Shown here piece by piece: positions 26,340 to 37,820 of a stretch of DNA of 64,000 nt. A model generated the notes under the pieces. It had not been told where the DNA came from, did not search any database, and worked only from the letters and a program-made list of their open reading frames with translations. Every line of letters begins with the position of its first letter. The stretch's first letter is position 1. A program made the position numbers and the translations under genes. Origin of the DNA: Microthyrium microscopicum (lineage: Eukaryota); contig MU004237.1 of NCBI GenBank assembly GCA_010405405.1, forward strand, positions 1,375,345-1,439,344, written 5' to 3'.

Positions 26340-27726
26340 TGGGCCGTAGGTTAGGAACTACCAGAGTTCCTGACGAGTGAGAGGTATTGCGCTTCATGAT
26401 GTCTACAGCTCAATGAGATATTGAGGTAACTATAGTATCATTGAGGTACTTCGTTTGATATACCGATGGTGACCTCGCGGCCACCCGGGTTTACATGTAC
26501 AATCATGATCACGGACAATGGACATGCCATCGCGACTGTTTGAACCGTCACATCTTTTTGGTAGACTTCAGCCGACCTACGTGAGATCACGGCAGTAAAG
26601 AACCAAACGGTTAAGTTCGACAATCGGCTCAATTGATGGTCTTGCTAAATTGCTATGCCGCAGACCTTCGGCTTAGGAGGAGTATGTGTGTAATAACCCG
26701 TCGCTTACGTATGCAGAAGCAGTCATAGGCAAGCCGGCTTACTGGCAGGCGTCTCAGCCTTGCGAATACATGGGGCCAGAGATGCACGATGGTCCGAAGG
26801 CATCTAGATTCCCGAATCTTGATAGTGATGATTGCTTGGTAGTTTGGAGGGGCGAAAATCGCGGAAACAGAAAAGACAGGACATTGGTTGGTGTTGAGGA
26901 AGGGTGGTTGGTCGGCGGCTACTGCACAGTGACGGAAAGAGCACTTGGCACTAGTCAACTTGGGAAGGGGCGCTCAAACAGGAAAGGCAAGAGGAGGGCA
27001 GCTTTTGGTTGAGGCAGGGAAGGCACGAGGGAACAAGCTGGAGTTGCAAGGAAGGCACGACGTGGGAGAGGCTCTTGCTCTTCTCAGTTCTGGAAGGCGG
27101 AGCTGGGCTGGCTTGTGGGCTTTCCTCAACTGTTTCAAACCAAAGGCTGGCTGCAGTTGTCGATCAACAACATTCTCCAAACAATAACCTAAACCTCCAA
27201 CAAACAACCATTACAACTCTTATACTTTATACATACACAAAAGCTGCCAGGCACCCGGCTTACACTGCTCCCCATTATCCGAACTCTCTATACTCGTCAA
27301 TCTCACCGCTCCAGCGACCTTTCTACGTGGCACCACCTCTCGCTCGTATTTCTCCGATTGTCTCAACTTCAGCCTCTATCCAACCCGTTCGGCTGATCGC
27401 TCTACCCTCAATTGCTTTCTTCTTCTTCGTCAATATCTTCTTACCAAACTTGTGTACTTTTCTACAATCATACCGTTATCATCCTCTGCAAAGCGCATAG
27501 ATCTCATCACCTGCTAGCTCCCAGACTCCGCATCCTTACCCCACCCGCCCTACCACGAGCTCACTCACGTTTCCACGAGGCTTCTTCCACGCGACAATAC
27601 AAGGCTACCATACAAGCAGAGGATCCTTTCCTTCTGGAATGCGGCCCGCGCCGCTGCACCATACTTCAGTGCGCCCATCACCATTACCATTCTGTCCATA
27701 CCGTCGGAGATCATTGAGCGGCAATC

Positions 27727-29072
27727 ATGAGCTCCTTCGTTCCAGCCACCGTCCGCGTTACGGGAACACCAAATAGCAACTTTTTAGTTGGATATCCTGG
27801 TATATCAGCGACATTGGTGAGTCCTCCCATACTCCCCTAGGCCCGTGAATATCTAGCAGAGCTAGTACTAACAAACCCCTACAGCCACGCATAGAAGGCA
27901 AAGTCGAAATCCGTCCGTATCCCACACCAGGCTGGGCCGCCCCAATGCGCATATCATTTATTAAAATCGCCCTTCAGCGACGCGAAACCATACATCCTGC
28001 TGCCGATAATATCAAAAAGCACCTGGCCGCGCCACGAAAAGACATAACGGACATAGTAGGAACCGAAATGCTTTTGTACCGATGCGCTGCCGGAAAAGAA
28101 CATGATACCGTACTTTGCATGGACCTGCCCTTTGTAATATTTATACCGTATGGCCGAGAAGGCGTCGAAGTCGCTAGACGGGTACCGCCCGCAAGTTTAT
28201 CGTTACCGTCAAGGACTGCGGAGACTTTTTATGAGTTGGTTGTTACGGTGCAGCAGGGAAAGTCGGATCAGAAGAAATTCCTCTTTCCAGTTCCTATAAC
28301 GCGCTACGAAACATTAAGTTCCTTTGGGATGTACGACAAACCCGAGTCCGCGGAACAAACATCAGACCACCTTGTAACGCTAGGTATATCTATACCGCGC
28401 TGGTCATTCGGCCCCCTCGACCCTATATCCGTCTACGTAAAAGTCTCACCGAATCCAGACTGGATGAACAAGGCGAAGCGCGTAACCGTCAAAAATATAA
28501 CAATCAGTATTGAAGAAGAAATAATATACAACCACGAAGGCGACGAACCTACCAAAAAGACCCGCTCGCTTGGCAAAACGCAACAACAAGTCGGCATGAA
28601 ACTACCTGAAGCTGGATACTTTACAAACCTAGGCCTGGTATTTCCAGCAAAAGATCTGAGAGATAATGATGGCATACAACCAAGGGGCGATCGGAAGTTT
28701 CCGGTTTATAACGTCTCTGGGTTCACTACTACCGGCTCTCTTTATAAAATTCAGTATTTTCTTGTCGTCAAGGTAAACCCCCCTTTCTCTTACCTTATCT
28801 GGGTACGGTGCTAACATGTTGTTTTCTAGGCACAACTAGGATCAGCCAAAGACATTATCCTCCGCAAACCCATAATAGTCTGCCCATTCGACCACGCAAC
28901 CTGCAAAGAAGAAATGCGCGCGATCGAAGAAGCCGCCAAAGAAGCCGCCAAAATCTCGCGCGAAAATCCCATGGCGCCGGCACAGTGGGTTGCGAATCCA
29001 AAGGATGCGGAGGGTCTCAAAACGTTGGGGTTTTGTCAGGTAGGTGGGGATTTGAGGTTGTTGATTGATTGA
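27727..29072 (+). CDS. Arrestin-fold (alpha-arrestin-like) protein, 3 exons
   Basis: MSSFVPATVRVTG..GYPGISATL/PRIEGKVEIR N-terminus, DLPFVIFIP..VPPAS..ETFYELVVTV, FTTTGSLYKIQYFLVVK..DIILRKPIIV arrestin-like beta strands; canonical introns. Confidence 0.75.
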
Positions 29073-29485
29073 TTAGGGTGGTACAAGATATGGTGAGGGA
29101 AGAGGAGAATGCCGAAATAGTGGTATGGGAAGAGGGGAGGTGATTTGATTGATTTGTTATGCAAGCGCGAAAGGAGTTCTGGGTTATTGGACATATGTCT
29201 CGGATGCATTGGACGTTTTCTTCCATTTTCAGCCGATTAGGCTTCGTTGTATATATACCAATTTTCGCCAACGCTTTAGCCCATGGAATAAATAGAGAAC
29301 GATTGTTCTTGTAACGCCTGACTCCCTGCCTTCTATGCGGACCAAGTGAGCCCGAAAACCCGTAAACCATAGGCGCAAGTGTAAATGTCAAATTCCCATG
29401 CTATGCTATGCAATTATTCCGACTACCCCGTATCACTCCAAACTCATCTTTACTCCATATCCAATTCCATCTCTTGAAGAAAATA

Positions 29486-29827
29486 TCACAAGCGTTTCGG
29501 CCGTATCACTAGATTCTGAAAGGTCGGTAACATCGCTTCCACCGTGGTAGCTTTTGGACTATTCTCCGCGCTAGCCATTGCGCTGCTACTTGCGGATGTG
29601 GTAGCTGGGGTTGTGGATGTGGAGGAGGAACTGGCGAGGAAGTCTGCGATGATGGATTCAATTTGGCGGGCTGGTTGGCTGGAGGGGCCGTACGTTGCGA
29701 TTGCGTTGGAAAGATTTACGTAGAGCTGGCAAGTTGTTAGTTGGGCTGTTCGATGGAGGAAGGTAGGGAAGATTGGGTTGATGGGTGTGAAGATTACCTT
29801 TTGCAGCTCGTCTTCGTTGGTCGTCAT
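29486..29827 (-). CDS. Small hypothetical protein (~89 aa after removing a 72-nt intron at 29726-29797)
   Basis: GTAATC donor, CTAAC branch point and CAG acceptor inside the ORF; predicted helical N-terminus and Ser/Thr tract. Confidence 0.6.
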   Translation of the reverse strand: MTTNEDELQKVIFTPINPIFPTFLHRTAQLTTCQLYVNLSNAIATYGPSSQPARQIESIIADFLASSSSTSTTPATTSASSSAMASAENSPKATTVEAMLPTFQNLVIRPKRL

Positions 29828-30845
29828 GTTACTAGTTTTACTAGACGGATAGGCTGTGTATGTTTGGAGATGGTGAGAATTGTTGCGAGATAGTTTGATG
29901 GGGTGGTGGTGGAATGTAGATATTGGTGGTGGTTAAATAAGAACAGGGGTTGCGAAGGCACTGGGATTATCGTAGTGAGGATGGCGCGTTTGTCTACTAT
30001 ATGAAGAAATCGTTTGCTGTATGTCGATTGGATCGGTGGTTGCGGCAATTGAGGACGAAGGGGAACGTAGAGTATTTATTCGATTCCTTGGAGAGTTGAC
30101 GGAGTGAAGTTGGTGTTGGACTGTTACTGCAGCGATTCGGCAGAATTCCTCGTTTGGCAGCAATAACGGTTTCTCAAGTCTCAGTCAGTGAAGACTTTGA
30201 CACTCCTTAAAGATCAATTGAGAGTAGTGAGATATGGGGAAATGACGGTTCCTGTCAAACTGGAAGAACAAGTATATGGATTATTAGATAGGAAGGAGCA
30301 TAGCTGACAAGCATTTAATATTTGCATAAAAATGGAAGGAAGGCTTGACTTTTTAATCCCAGAAAAATCAGTCCTTAGCAAACCACCAAAACCATTGCTT
30401 TTACCAACCGATTTTTTCCTCCTTAGCAAAGAACTTGTCTGGTCTTGTGCATCAAGCGGGGAATCCAAAACTGCATACTTTACTTTTTTTCCCATAAAAT
30501 TCAGATCTTCATCCCATCGTGCAGCACGGAATGATGCAGCAAGAAAAAGGTTCCCGGCTTACTGGGCCCAGCGGCGGAAAGACTAATACCTTTTATTCAT
30601 TGTAGTACCCCACGTTATTCTGGTTGTAAGTAAACTTTTCAAGCGCGGAGATGAGAAATCATTTCCTTGCTTTCACGATGTCTTTTTCTTGCCGAGTATT
30701 CTTGGCGAATGTGTAAGACGGTAAGACCCCAATTTGAGTCTAGCCCGGCGGCAGGAACCGAACGTTATCGTAAACTTTGATCATCCATTGGGTTCGGATG
30801 TAAGAGTGGGTGTCGTGTGTCGCAAGGCATTGCCGGATGTGGTGT

Positions 30846-32796
30846 CACCATTCCGCCTTCTCGTCTTCCAGCTTCAAGCCTTGCACCTGGGCACTAATCT
30901 CTAGGGCCTGCTAAAGCTCTCCCTATTCGTCTATAAGCCTTAGTAAAGCATGCCTATCTTTAATCTTATTCGTGGCGACCTTAAGGCTAAGAGGTCCTAC
31001 CTATAAACTTTCTAAGACACCCTAGACTATATTTACTACTTTACTAATAGCTTAGGCATTAAGAGTAAGGTTAAGGCTACCTTCTTTTGCTAGAATCTTA
31101 TACTTAAGAACTATACCCTAAGATAAAGAAATTATTAGACTATTATACTAACTAAAAAGTAGTAGTACTTTAGCTTACTATAGTATACCTTAGTATATAA
31201 TACTAAGGCCTCTATAGTAGCCTAAGCCTTAAAAGATTAAGTAGATATAAGTTTATAAGACTTTACTCTTATCTATATCTAGATTAATAATTAGGAAGTA
31301 TACTTCTCTTTATATAATCCTAACGTAAAGATAGCCTAATAGTTTATATATATATTCTATAAGGCTTATAAGTAAATTGCTAGACTAGTCTATATTTACT
31401 AAATACCTAAGTATAAAAATATTAAAAGTAATAACTACGTTAATCTACTTACTAAGTAAGGTACTAAGAAAAGGTCTACTAACTACCCTAACCTATTAGC
31501 TAAATTAAAGAGTACTACTTATCTTAAGATATCTATTAAGAGAGCCTTAAATAATACCTAGTAGAAGAAGTAGACTAAGAGTAAATATAGCTATAAACTA
31601 TATATTCTTATTAAATAAGTTAACTACTATAAACTAGATTTCTACTTTAAAATAAATACTAGAGTTACTAAAATACTTTTTTAACTAAAGTTAGATTATA
31701 TAGAACTAAGAGACTATCTTTTTAAGATTAGCGTAGTAAATAATACTTTCTACTAATATTATAATAACTATACTAACTAAATAGTTTATTATATTCTCTA
31801 TATCTACTTAGGTTTTAATACGCTATAACTTTAAATATAAACTAATATAAGTAGAGTAGTAAGTTATAATAAACTACTAGTAGACCCTATAAAGGTATAA
31901 CTTACTATAGTCTTTATTATTAAAATAGACGCTATCTAAGATATAAGGTATATAGAGAAGTAAAGAATTAAAGTAAAGGCTACGCTTAAAATTAAAGAAA
32001 AGGAGACTACTATAGAAAGGAAAGAAAAGAAGCAAAAGCTCTATCTCTAATAGAAAGCTTAGGTAACTAAGTACGTCCTTAGAAAGCTAATACTCTTACT
32101 TATATAATAATCCTTTTAAAGCACCTAAGGCTACTAGAAACTAGAATTACCTAAGAAAAACTATCTTTATAGGCTAGGGCTCTATAAGATAATAGAGGAA
32201 TTTAAATATAAAGCTAAATTATTAAACTTTAGAAAGCCTTCCCTACTTTAAACTTTTTATAGCAATTCTATAATAACTTAATAGACTACTATATACGCGA
32301 AGAGATAGTAAGAAGCTAAGAACTATAAGAGGATTAAGAAGAAGACAATAGAAGGAATAAGAGAAGAAACTAATAAAATAGCTAGGAGGCGTTTATATAC
32401 CTACTTCTTTACTAGAAGAGAGGCTATAACCTTAAATCTAGTAGTGCTTAAGACTTATTATACCTTAAGTATATTTAGTATTTATTATTATCTTTTAGAG
32501 CATTAGGAATATTATCTTTTTAGGTTTAGGGGCGTTATTATCTTTTAGGCTCCCTTTAAGACCTATATTTAGTAGTATCTTAAATTAGGATATATCTTCT
32601 ACTAAGTCTTACTTACGCAATAACTTAAATATTTTAAGAATCTTAGGGTTAGATATAGATATTAATAATTAGGGCCAAAATCCTATATATTAAATAGCTA
32701 TTATAGAGGTGGCTACATTAGCATAATACGTGCTAGTATCCACTATATAACGGTAGAACTAGTCAAGGCTAAATCCAAACAAACAAACAAACAAAA
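30846..32796 (+). mobile_element. 5'-truncated non-LTR retrotransposon (Tad1-like LINE with RNase H), RIP-mutated
   Basis: 13-bp TSD CCGGATGTGGTGT at 30833-30845 and 32797-32809; (AAAC)n 3' tail. De-RIPed RNase H motifs FT(D)(G)(S)GI at ~31040, Y(D)(A)(E), WI(D)N, and (W)IP(G)(H)..I(E)(G)N..V(D)LL(A)K at ~31400-31455. Confidence 0.88.
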
Positions 32797-33277
32797 CCGG
32801 ATGTGGTGTGGTTTATGGATGGCCGGCGTTTGCGACAACGTGGAGTCTGAGGGCCTGAGCAGGCTTATTGTTTAGCGGTAAGTTGAATGTTACGTTGGTG
32901 ATGGCTCGCAGTGCGCCTGTGGTTTGAACATTGGGTGGCCCTTCGATAGGACGTGGGCGGGTGGGTTTTGCTGGTGGTTTTGAGGATGGTGTTGGTCGCT
33001 GCAAGTTTCTGGGTGTAATTGTTGAGGCATAATTATGATGCTAGTTGCTGTAAATTTTAGGAGGATTGGAAAAGCTGACTCCAACTCAGTGATTTATATC
33101 ATGTTGATCTGGAATTGAGGATAAGCTTTCAGATAGAAGATCAAGACTCAAGAGCAATAGAGTATTGCGGTTGACGTTGAGAAGGATGCCACAAGCAGCG
33201 GTACCTCTCTTAGATGGACTTTATTTCATGCGTAATACCCCAGCCGGAAAGGCGAGAATACGACGGAAGGAAACTTA

Positions 33278-34164
33278 CTACACAGCAGGAACTTTCTGCA
33301 CGTAGTAAGGCAGGCCGCTCCAAGTCTCATTCAGCTCTCCTTGCTGTCCCCCTTCGTCCTCGTCCTCTTCTTCTCCCTCCTCAATATCAGATTCCTCATC
33401 GTCCTCGTCACACGCAGACGAATCCGACCCTTCCGGCGAATCTGCACATCCACGACCTCGTCCAGGGCCCATACCATTATCCGCTTCCCACTGACTCATA
33501 CTGAGGGCACGATACTCCGCCTTCCATTCATCCACCTCCCCCGTAAAATCACATCCCTTCGTCTGCTCCCAATCAATCTTGCCTGAAATATCGAAGGAGT
33601 CTCCAACTGCACACAAAAACATATCGCCCGTGAAGCTCTCTTCATCAGTGAACTGCATGTGAATAACATTCTCTGGTCCAGGTTCAATCTCATCAGTCCC
33701 AGTATCTCGTCCTCGCCATTGGAATCTGATAGGACCGTCGAGGGGTGTAGTGATGGTAGAGGATCGAAGATGGCCTTCTTCGATGTCGATGTTGAAGTCG
33801 CCCCAGATGTGCTCACCACTCGCAGTTTGGCAGAGTCGCATGGTTAGCGGAGAAGTGGTTGTCCAGCCTTCGGAGATCTCGGGGGCTGTTAGGGTGAATA
33901 CTGCACCGGTGGCTAGGATTTTGGGGAGTTTCTGCTGATAAGATTAGCACAGAGGATATATAGAAGGCATTAGTGAGAAACGCTTACTGTTAGAAACGTG
34001 TCTTTTGACTTCTTAGCGCTCGTGTTGCCGGTATCGTCACTTGGCCTCTTTCGCTTCTCATGGTCAACTTTGTTAGAGGTATCTTTCCCTTTCTTTTTGA
34101 GTTCTGCCAATTTGCTCATTTCTCGTAGCGCTACGCGCTTGACTAGATCTTCGTGTGACTCCAT
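33278..34164 (-). CDS. Hypothetical protein (basic NLS-like N-terminus, WGDF..EG.LRS / F.WRGRDTG motifs, acidic C-terminus), 2 exons
   Basis: ORFs 33970-34164 and 33278-33841 join in frame through a GTAAGC..CTAAT..CAG intron. Confidence 0.75.
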
Positions 34165-35935
34165 GATTGAAAAAGTGTCTTAATGTAGAATTGCTGTATC
34201 CGTCTCGACTCGGAATGAAACAAGCGATTCTATTATGCAGAGAACTTCTTTATCTGCTTCAGTGAGGGATGAAGTATGTGGCTTGCAGTATTTGATGGTA
34301 CCAGTGACAGCAAGTGTACCGATCGCCTCTGACAGTTGATGAAATATTGAAGGCTTTTGCTATACCTTGGATGTTTATTTGTGAAATTGATTAGAGATGC
34401 ATCTTTATGTCGGTGGATGCATCTCAATCATATTTCCTTGCAATGGCTCTGATCAAGACTGGAATCATCGCTGATGTCGGAGGCTTTCCTGGTGACCTCT
34501 TGCTCACGCGTGAACGCGTCTTCAAACAACAATATTTTATGGAAACCGTGTGTTTCTTTACATTTCTGGGATACTTTCACATATGTGACGTTGGTGGCGC
34601 ATCTAAGGGGTGATCGATATCGATGCTCACGGAGTAGACTCCGAATTATTACTCCTGAATTATTGTTCAACAACAAGAAATCGGTTTGGACATGAAGACC
34701 ATCAATTTTGATGCTGATGAGATCTAAGCCTACTTTTCTATAGGGTCCCATAACGATAAATCCGGCAATAGCTGTGAAGTTGACTCATGGTTGATTGACG
34801 ACTGCCTTATCGTGGCACAGATTTCTTCCAAGATGCAAAGTTGTCACTGCCTTTTATTTTCGAGCGGGAGAAATTGACCGGACATTCACATGGACCAACT
34901 TCTTCCTACTCGGCATAAATCGTGTTTATCTCATATTACACTTGTAGCCAAGTACTTGATCTAGTTTCGAGTCTAACTATCCGAATATCGTTCTGGAGTC
35001 CTTGCGTTTGTCATAGTAATCTAGCATTTCATCTTACAGCTGTACCGTAGTATGAATGGCCCTTTAAAAATATTCAGGGACTGCGACCATGACTCTTGCG
35101 ACCTAATGTAGACTTACTCAAGAGAAGACCAGAACAGACATTCGGTACTCCTATCAACTGCAGAAGTTGTATTATACTTCTCAGCATGTAGGACACATTG
35201 TGGTCTCCATGCTAGTCGTCTATGGGAATATGGAGAAAGGTACCTCGCTATTGGATACAGATAAGTTTAGGAGCATCGTGTTGTTCTTATAAGTTCAGGC
35301 TCAGTTGATTAGTTCAGTGTCTTTCAATATCACTGACTTTAGCCCTTGGAGAGCTACTGATTACGGCACGTCCCTCATGGTTTGATAATGCCCTTTTGCT
35401 CGCGAATTCTGAGAGACTAAAATCAAAGGCAACGTGTGTCGAAGATTAGTACTTAGGTTTATTCCACCGCGTTTTTATTACTCCGACGGTAGCTAGAGAC
35501 TCTCCTACCAGACGCAGGTACCACCTAAGCCTTCGTGACCGGTTTAAGCTTTTTGCTAGCTTTGAACATATGAATATCATAGTATGGTTGCGCTTTTCAA
35601 GGGTTTCATGCGGGGAACGAGATGGCATTATCCATGAATGGTCTTCCTTCAGAGCGGTTGTGGGGAGGAGGTACCTTGGAGTAATATCACATTTATCCCA
35701 TGAGTGCCCGATATCTTGCTTTCCACAGAATAAGCATACAGAATGTGTTTGATTGATCCCTTCTGACAATATGCGTGTCTAATAGGACGTTCAAAGTAGT
35801 TTGCGCTAAATTAGAATAAATCCAAGGAGGTTGAATGCCTATAACATAAAGAATCCATCCCATTTTGGTACTTGGCATGGACTACATCTAACTTCCAAGC
35901 ATTCAGATTCGTTCCTTTGGTTTAGCGCTCACATC

Positions 35936-37306
35936 ATGAAATTCCACAATTTATCGATGGCTTTGGCCTACGGTGTCATGACAGTATCGGCGCTTAGCCC
36001 ACCAAAGATGATATCTACCAGCAGAGACTTGGACGCTGGCAAATTTTTGAATAATTTACAGAAACGAAGTCTCTCGGGTATGCGAGCTTTCCTACGCGTT
36101 ATGGCAAAGCACAGCCAATCGATAACAGCAACAATCAAGACCCTCACCGACCAAAATGCGTCGGCGCAAATGCCACGGCTGAACATGCAGCTACTGCAAA
36201 TGAGCAAAGAAATGTCCTCCGAAGCGAAAAAACTCAAGGCTTCCGGTACTCTGGGCATCACAGACCTTCTCACAGTCGTGACCGCCTCACAGCGCAAAGA
36301 ATACTCTGATCTAATCAACATTGAAATAAAAAATCTCCAAACGGTCATGAATGAACTCTTGGCTAAACGCAATGTGTTCATCTCGTCCCACACAGCCAAT
36401 GTTATTGCACCAGGCGTCAAAGCACAAGCCAAATCACTTGTTGAAGTCTTTGCCGTGATTCCAAGCCAGATTCCTTACAAGTCAACCATTAACTTCATCC
36501 TGGACAACGCGATCCGCTCGACGGCGAGTCAGCTGGGTAAAAGCGTGGGCAGTGTTATTCCTGGTTATACCGAGCCAGTACCGTACAGCGGCCTTTTCTC
36601 CAAAAACACACCAAAGCCTCAGTCTCAGAGTCCTTCAACCGCGTCTGGATCGCGAGGGTCGAAAGGATCGAAAGGAACGCCAGCAAAATCTCCCACTGCG
36701 CCAAAGGCTTCTGCTCCGACCTCCGCTGTTGGAATTTCATTGTCGTCGTTCTTGACTTATGAAGTCACAGGGTATCCGGTAGTATATGAATGGCTCCCAA
36801 CAAAAGGAGAGATAAGTCGCGCGACGCTGGATAGTATCGAAAAGGCAGTTAGTCAGGCTTTGGATACCGTCGTTTACTTTTTGAAAGGAGAGTGGAATAT
36901 CTTTCCTGACTTTTCGACCCTGGAAGGCACAATCTCTTGGCTGTTTGGTACTGGACCAAAGCCAGAGTTTAATCCCAAGGACGTTCAGGCGTTCTTTGAT
37001 ACTTTGATTAGTAAATTGGAAGAGCAGGTTGCGGCTTTGATACCTCAGTTGCTAGAATACCTGAAAGCACAAGGAATCAAAGACATTGGATCACTTCTCG
37101 GTGGTGGTGGTGGTGCTGCTGCTCCCACAGCAAACCCAGCGGTCGCACCAGCGTTAGGTCCACTCGGCGGACTTTTTGGTGGAAAGACATCGAAGTTGGG
37201 AGTGGTTGTATCTGGTCTACTGGAAGCCGGAGCACTTGCGGAGCTTATTGATGGAGTTCAAGCACCCGAAAACGCGTCAATTGCTAAGGGAATATCAGCG
37301 GTATAG
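35936..37306 (+). CDS. Secreted protein with an HsbA/Mp1-like helical domain and Ser/Pro/Gly-rich linker
   Basis: Signal peptide MKFHNLSMALAYGVMTVSA, QKR site, HsbA-like pattern (ELLAKRNVF..VIAPGVKAQ....IPSQIP); single long ORF. Confidence 0.7.
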   Translation: MKFHNLSMALAYGVMTVSALSPPKMISTSRDLDAGKFLNNLQKRSLSGMRAFLRVMAKHSQSITATIKTLTDQNASAQMPRLNMQLLQMSKEMSSEAKKLKASGTLGITDLLTVVTASQRKEYSDLINIEIKNLQTVMNELLAKRNVFISSHTANVIAPGVKAQAKSLVEVFAVIPSQIPYKSTINFILDNAIRSTASQLGKSVGSVIPGYTEPVPYSGLFSKNTPKPQSQSPSTASGSRGSKGSKGTPAKSPTAPKASAPTSAVGISLSSFLTYEVTGYPVVYEWLPTKGEISRATLDSIEKAVSQALDTVVYFLKGEWNIFPDFSTLEGTISWLFGTGPKPEFNPKDVQAFFDTLISKLEEQVAALIPQLLEYLKAQGIKDIGSLLGGGGGAAAPTANPAVAPALGPLGGLFGGKTSKLGVVVSGLLEAGALAELIDGVQAPENASIAKGISAV

Positions 37307-37820
37307 GATGTTCGCTAAATCAAACCAAACCTAACCTATTCGAACCCTTTCCCGAAACTACCCATTCTTCCATCCATTAATACTAACAAGAAATCCGATG
37401 ATTGCAGCGTTCAACTGTATGTAACCCGATCCTGTAATGGGCTCAATAGTGAGCTTGATACAAGCATTTTTGAACAACAGATTATGAACAAGTCTTTTAT
37501 GGGAAGATCATATTAGGCAGGCTGATCTTCGTAACGATAGCGTGTAGACTGAAGACGGAAAAGCGTCTAGTGACAACCGATATATTCTATATCAAACCTT
37601 GACGGTCATTGTCACAACAACCTTATCAATTTGATTGATTGGAGTCCCATCAATGGCACAGCAATGCCCAGAACCCTAGCGACCTGGATATAGAGTAATC
37701 GCCTAGTCAGAACGAAGGATGATTCTGAATCACAATCCGCACAATTCCAAGGCCCACACAATACTACAGTCCACATAATGCGGCAGTTCATCCAGTCCTA
37801 CTCCGTACACCCACTTGGAC

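Noticed and set aside
26400..27720. Several overlapping ORFs (up to 163 aa) between the membrane-protein and arrestin genes
   Set aside because: Non-ATG starts, low-complexity composition, no motifs; consistent with promoter and 5' UTR.
30846..31000. 5' inversion (twin priming) in the LINE
   Set aside because: The plus-strand frame runs continuously into the RNase H motifs, so no inversion is needed.
34233..35880. Short ORFs in a long intergenic region
   Set aside because: I could not assemble a spliced gene or recognise a domain; a decayed gene cannot be excluded.
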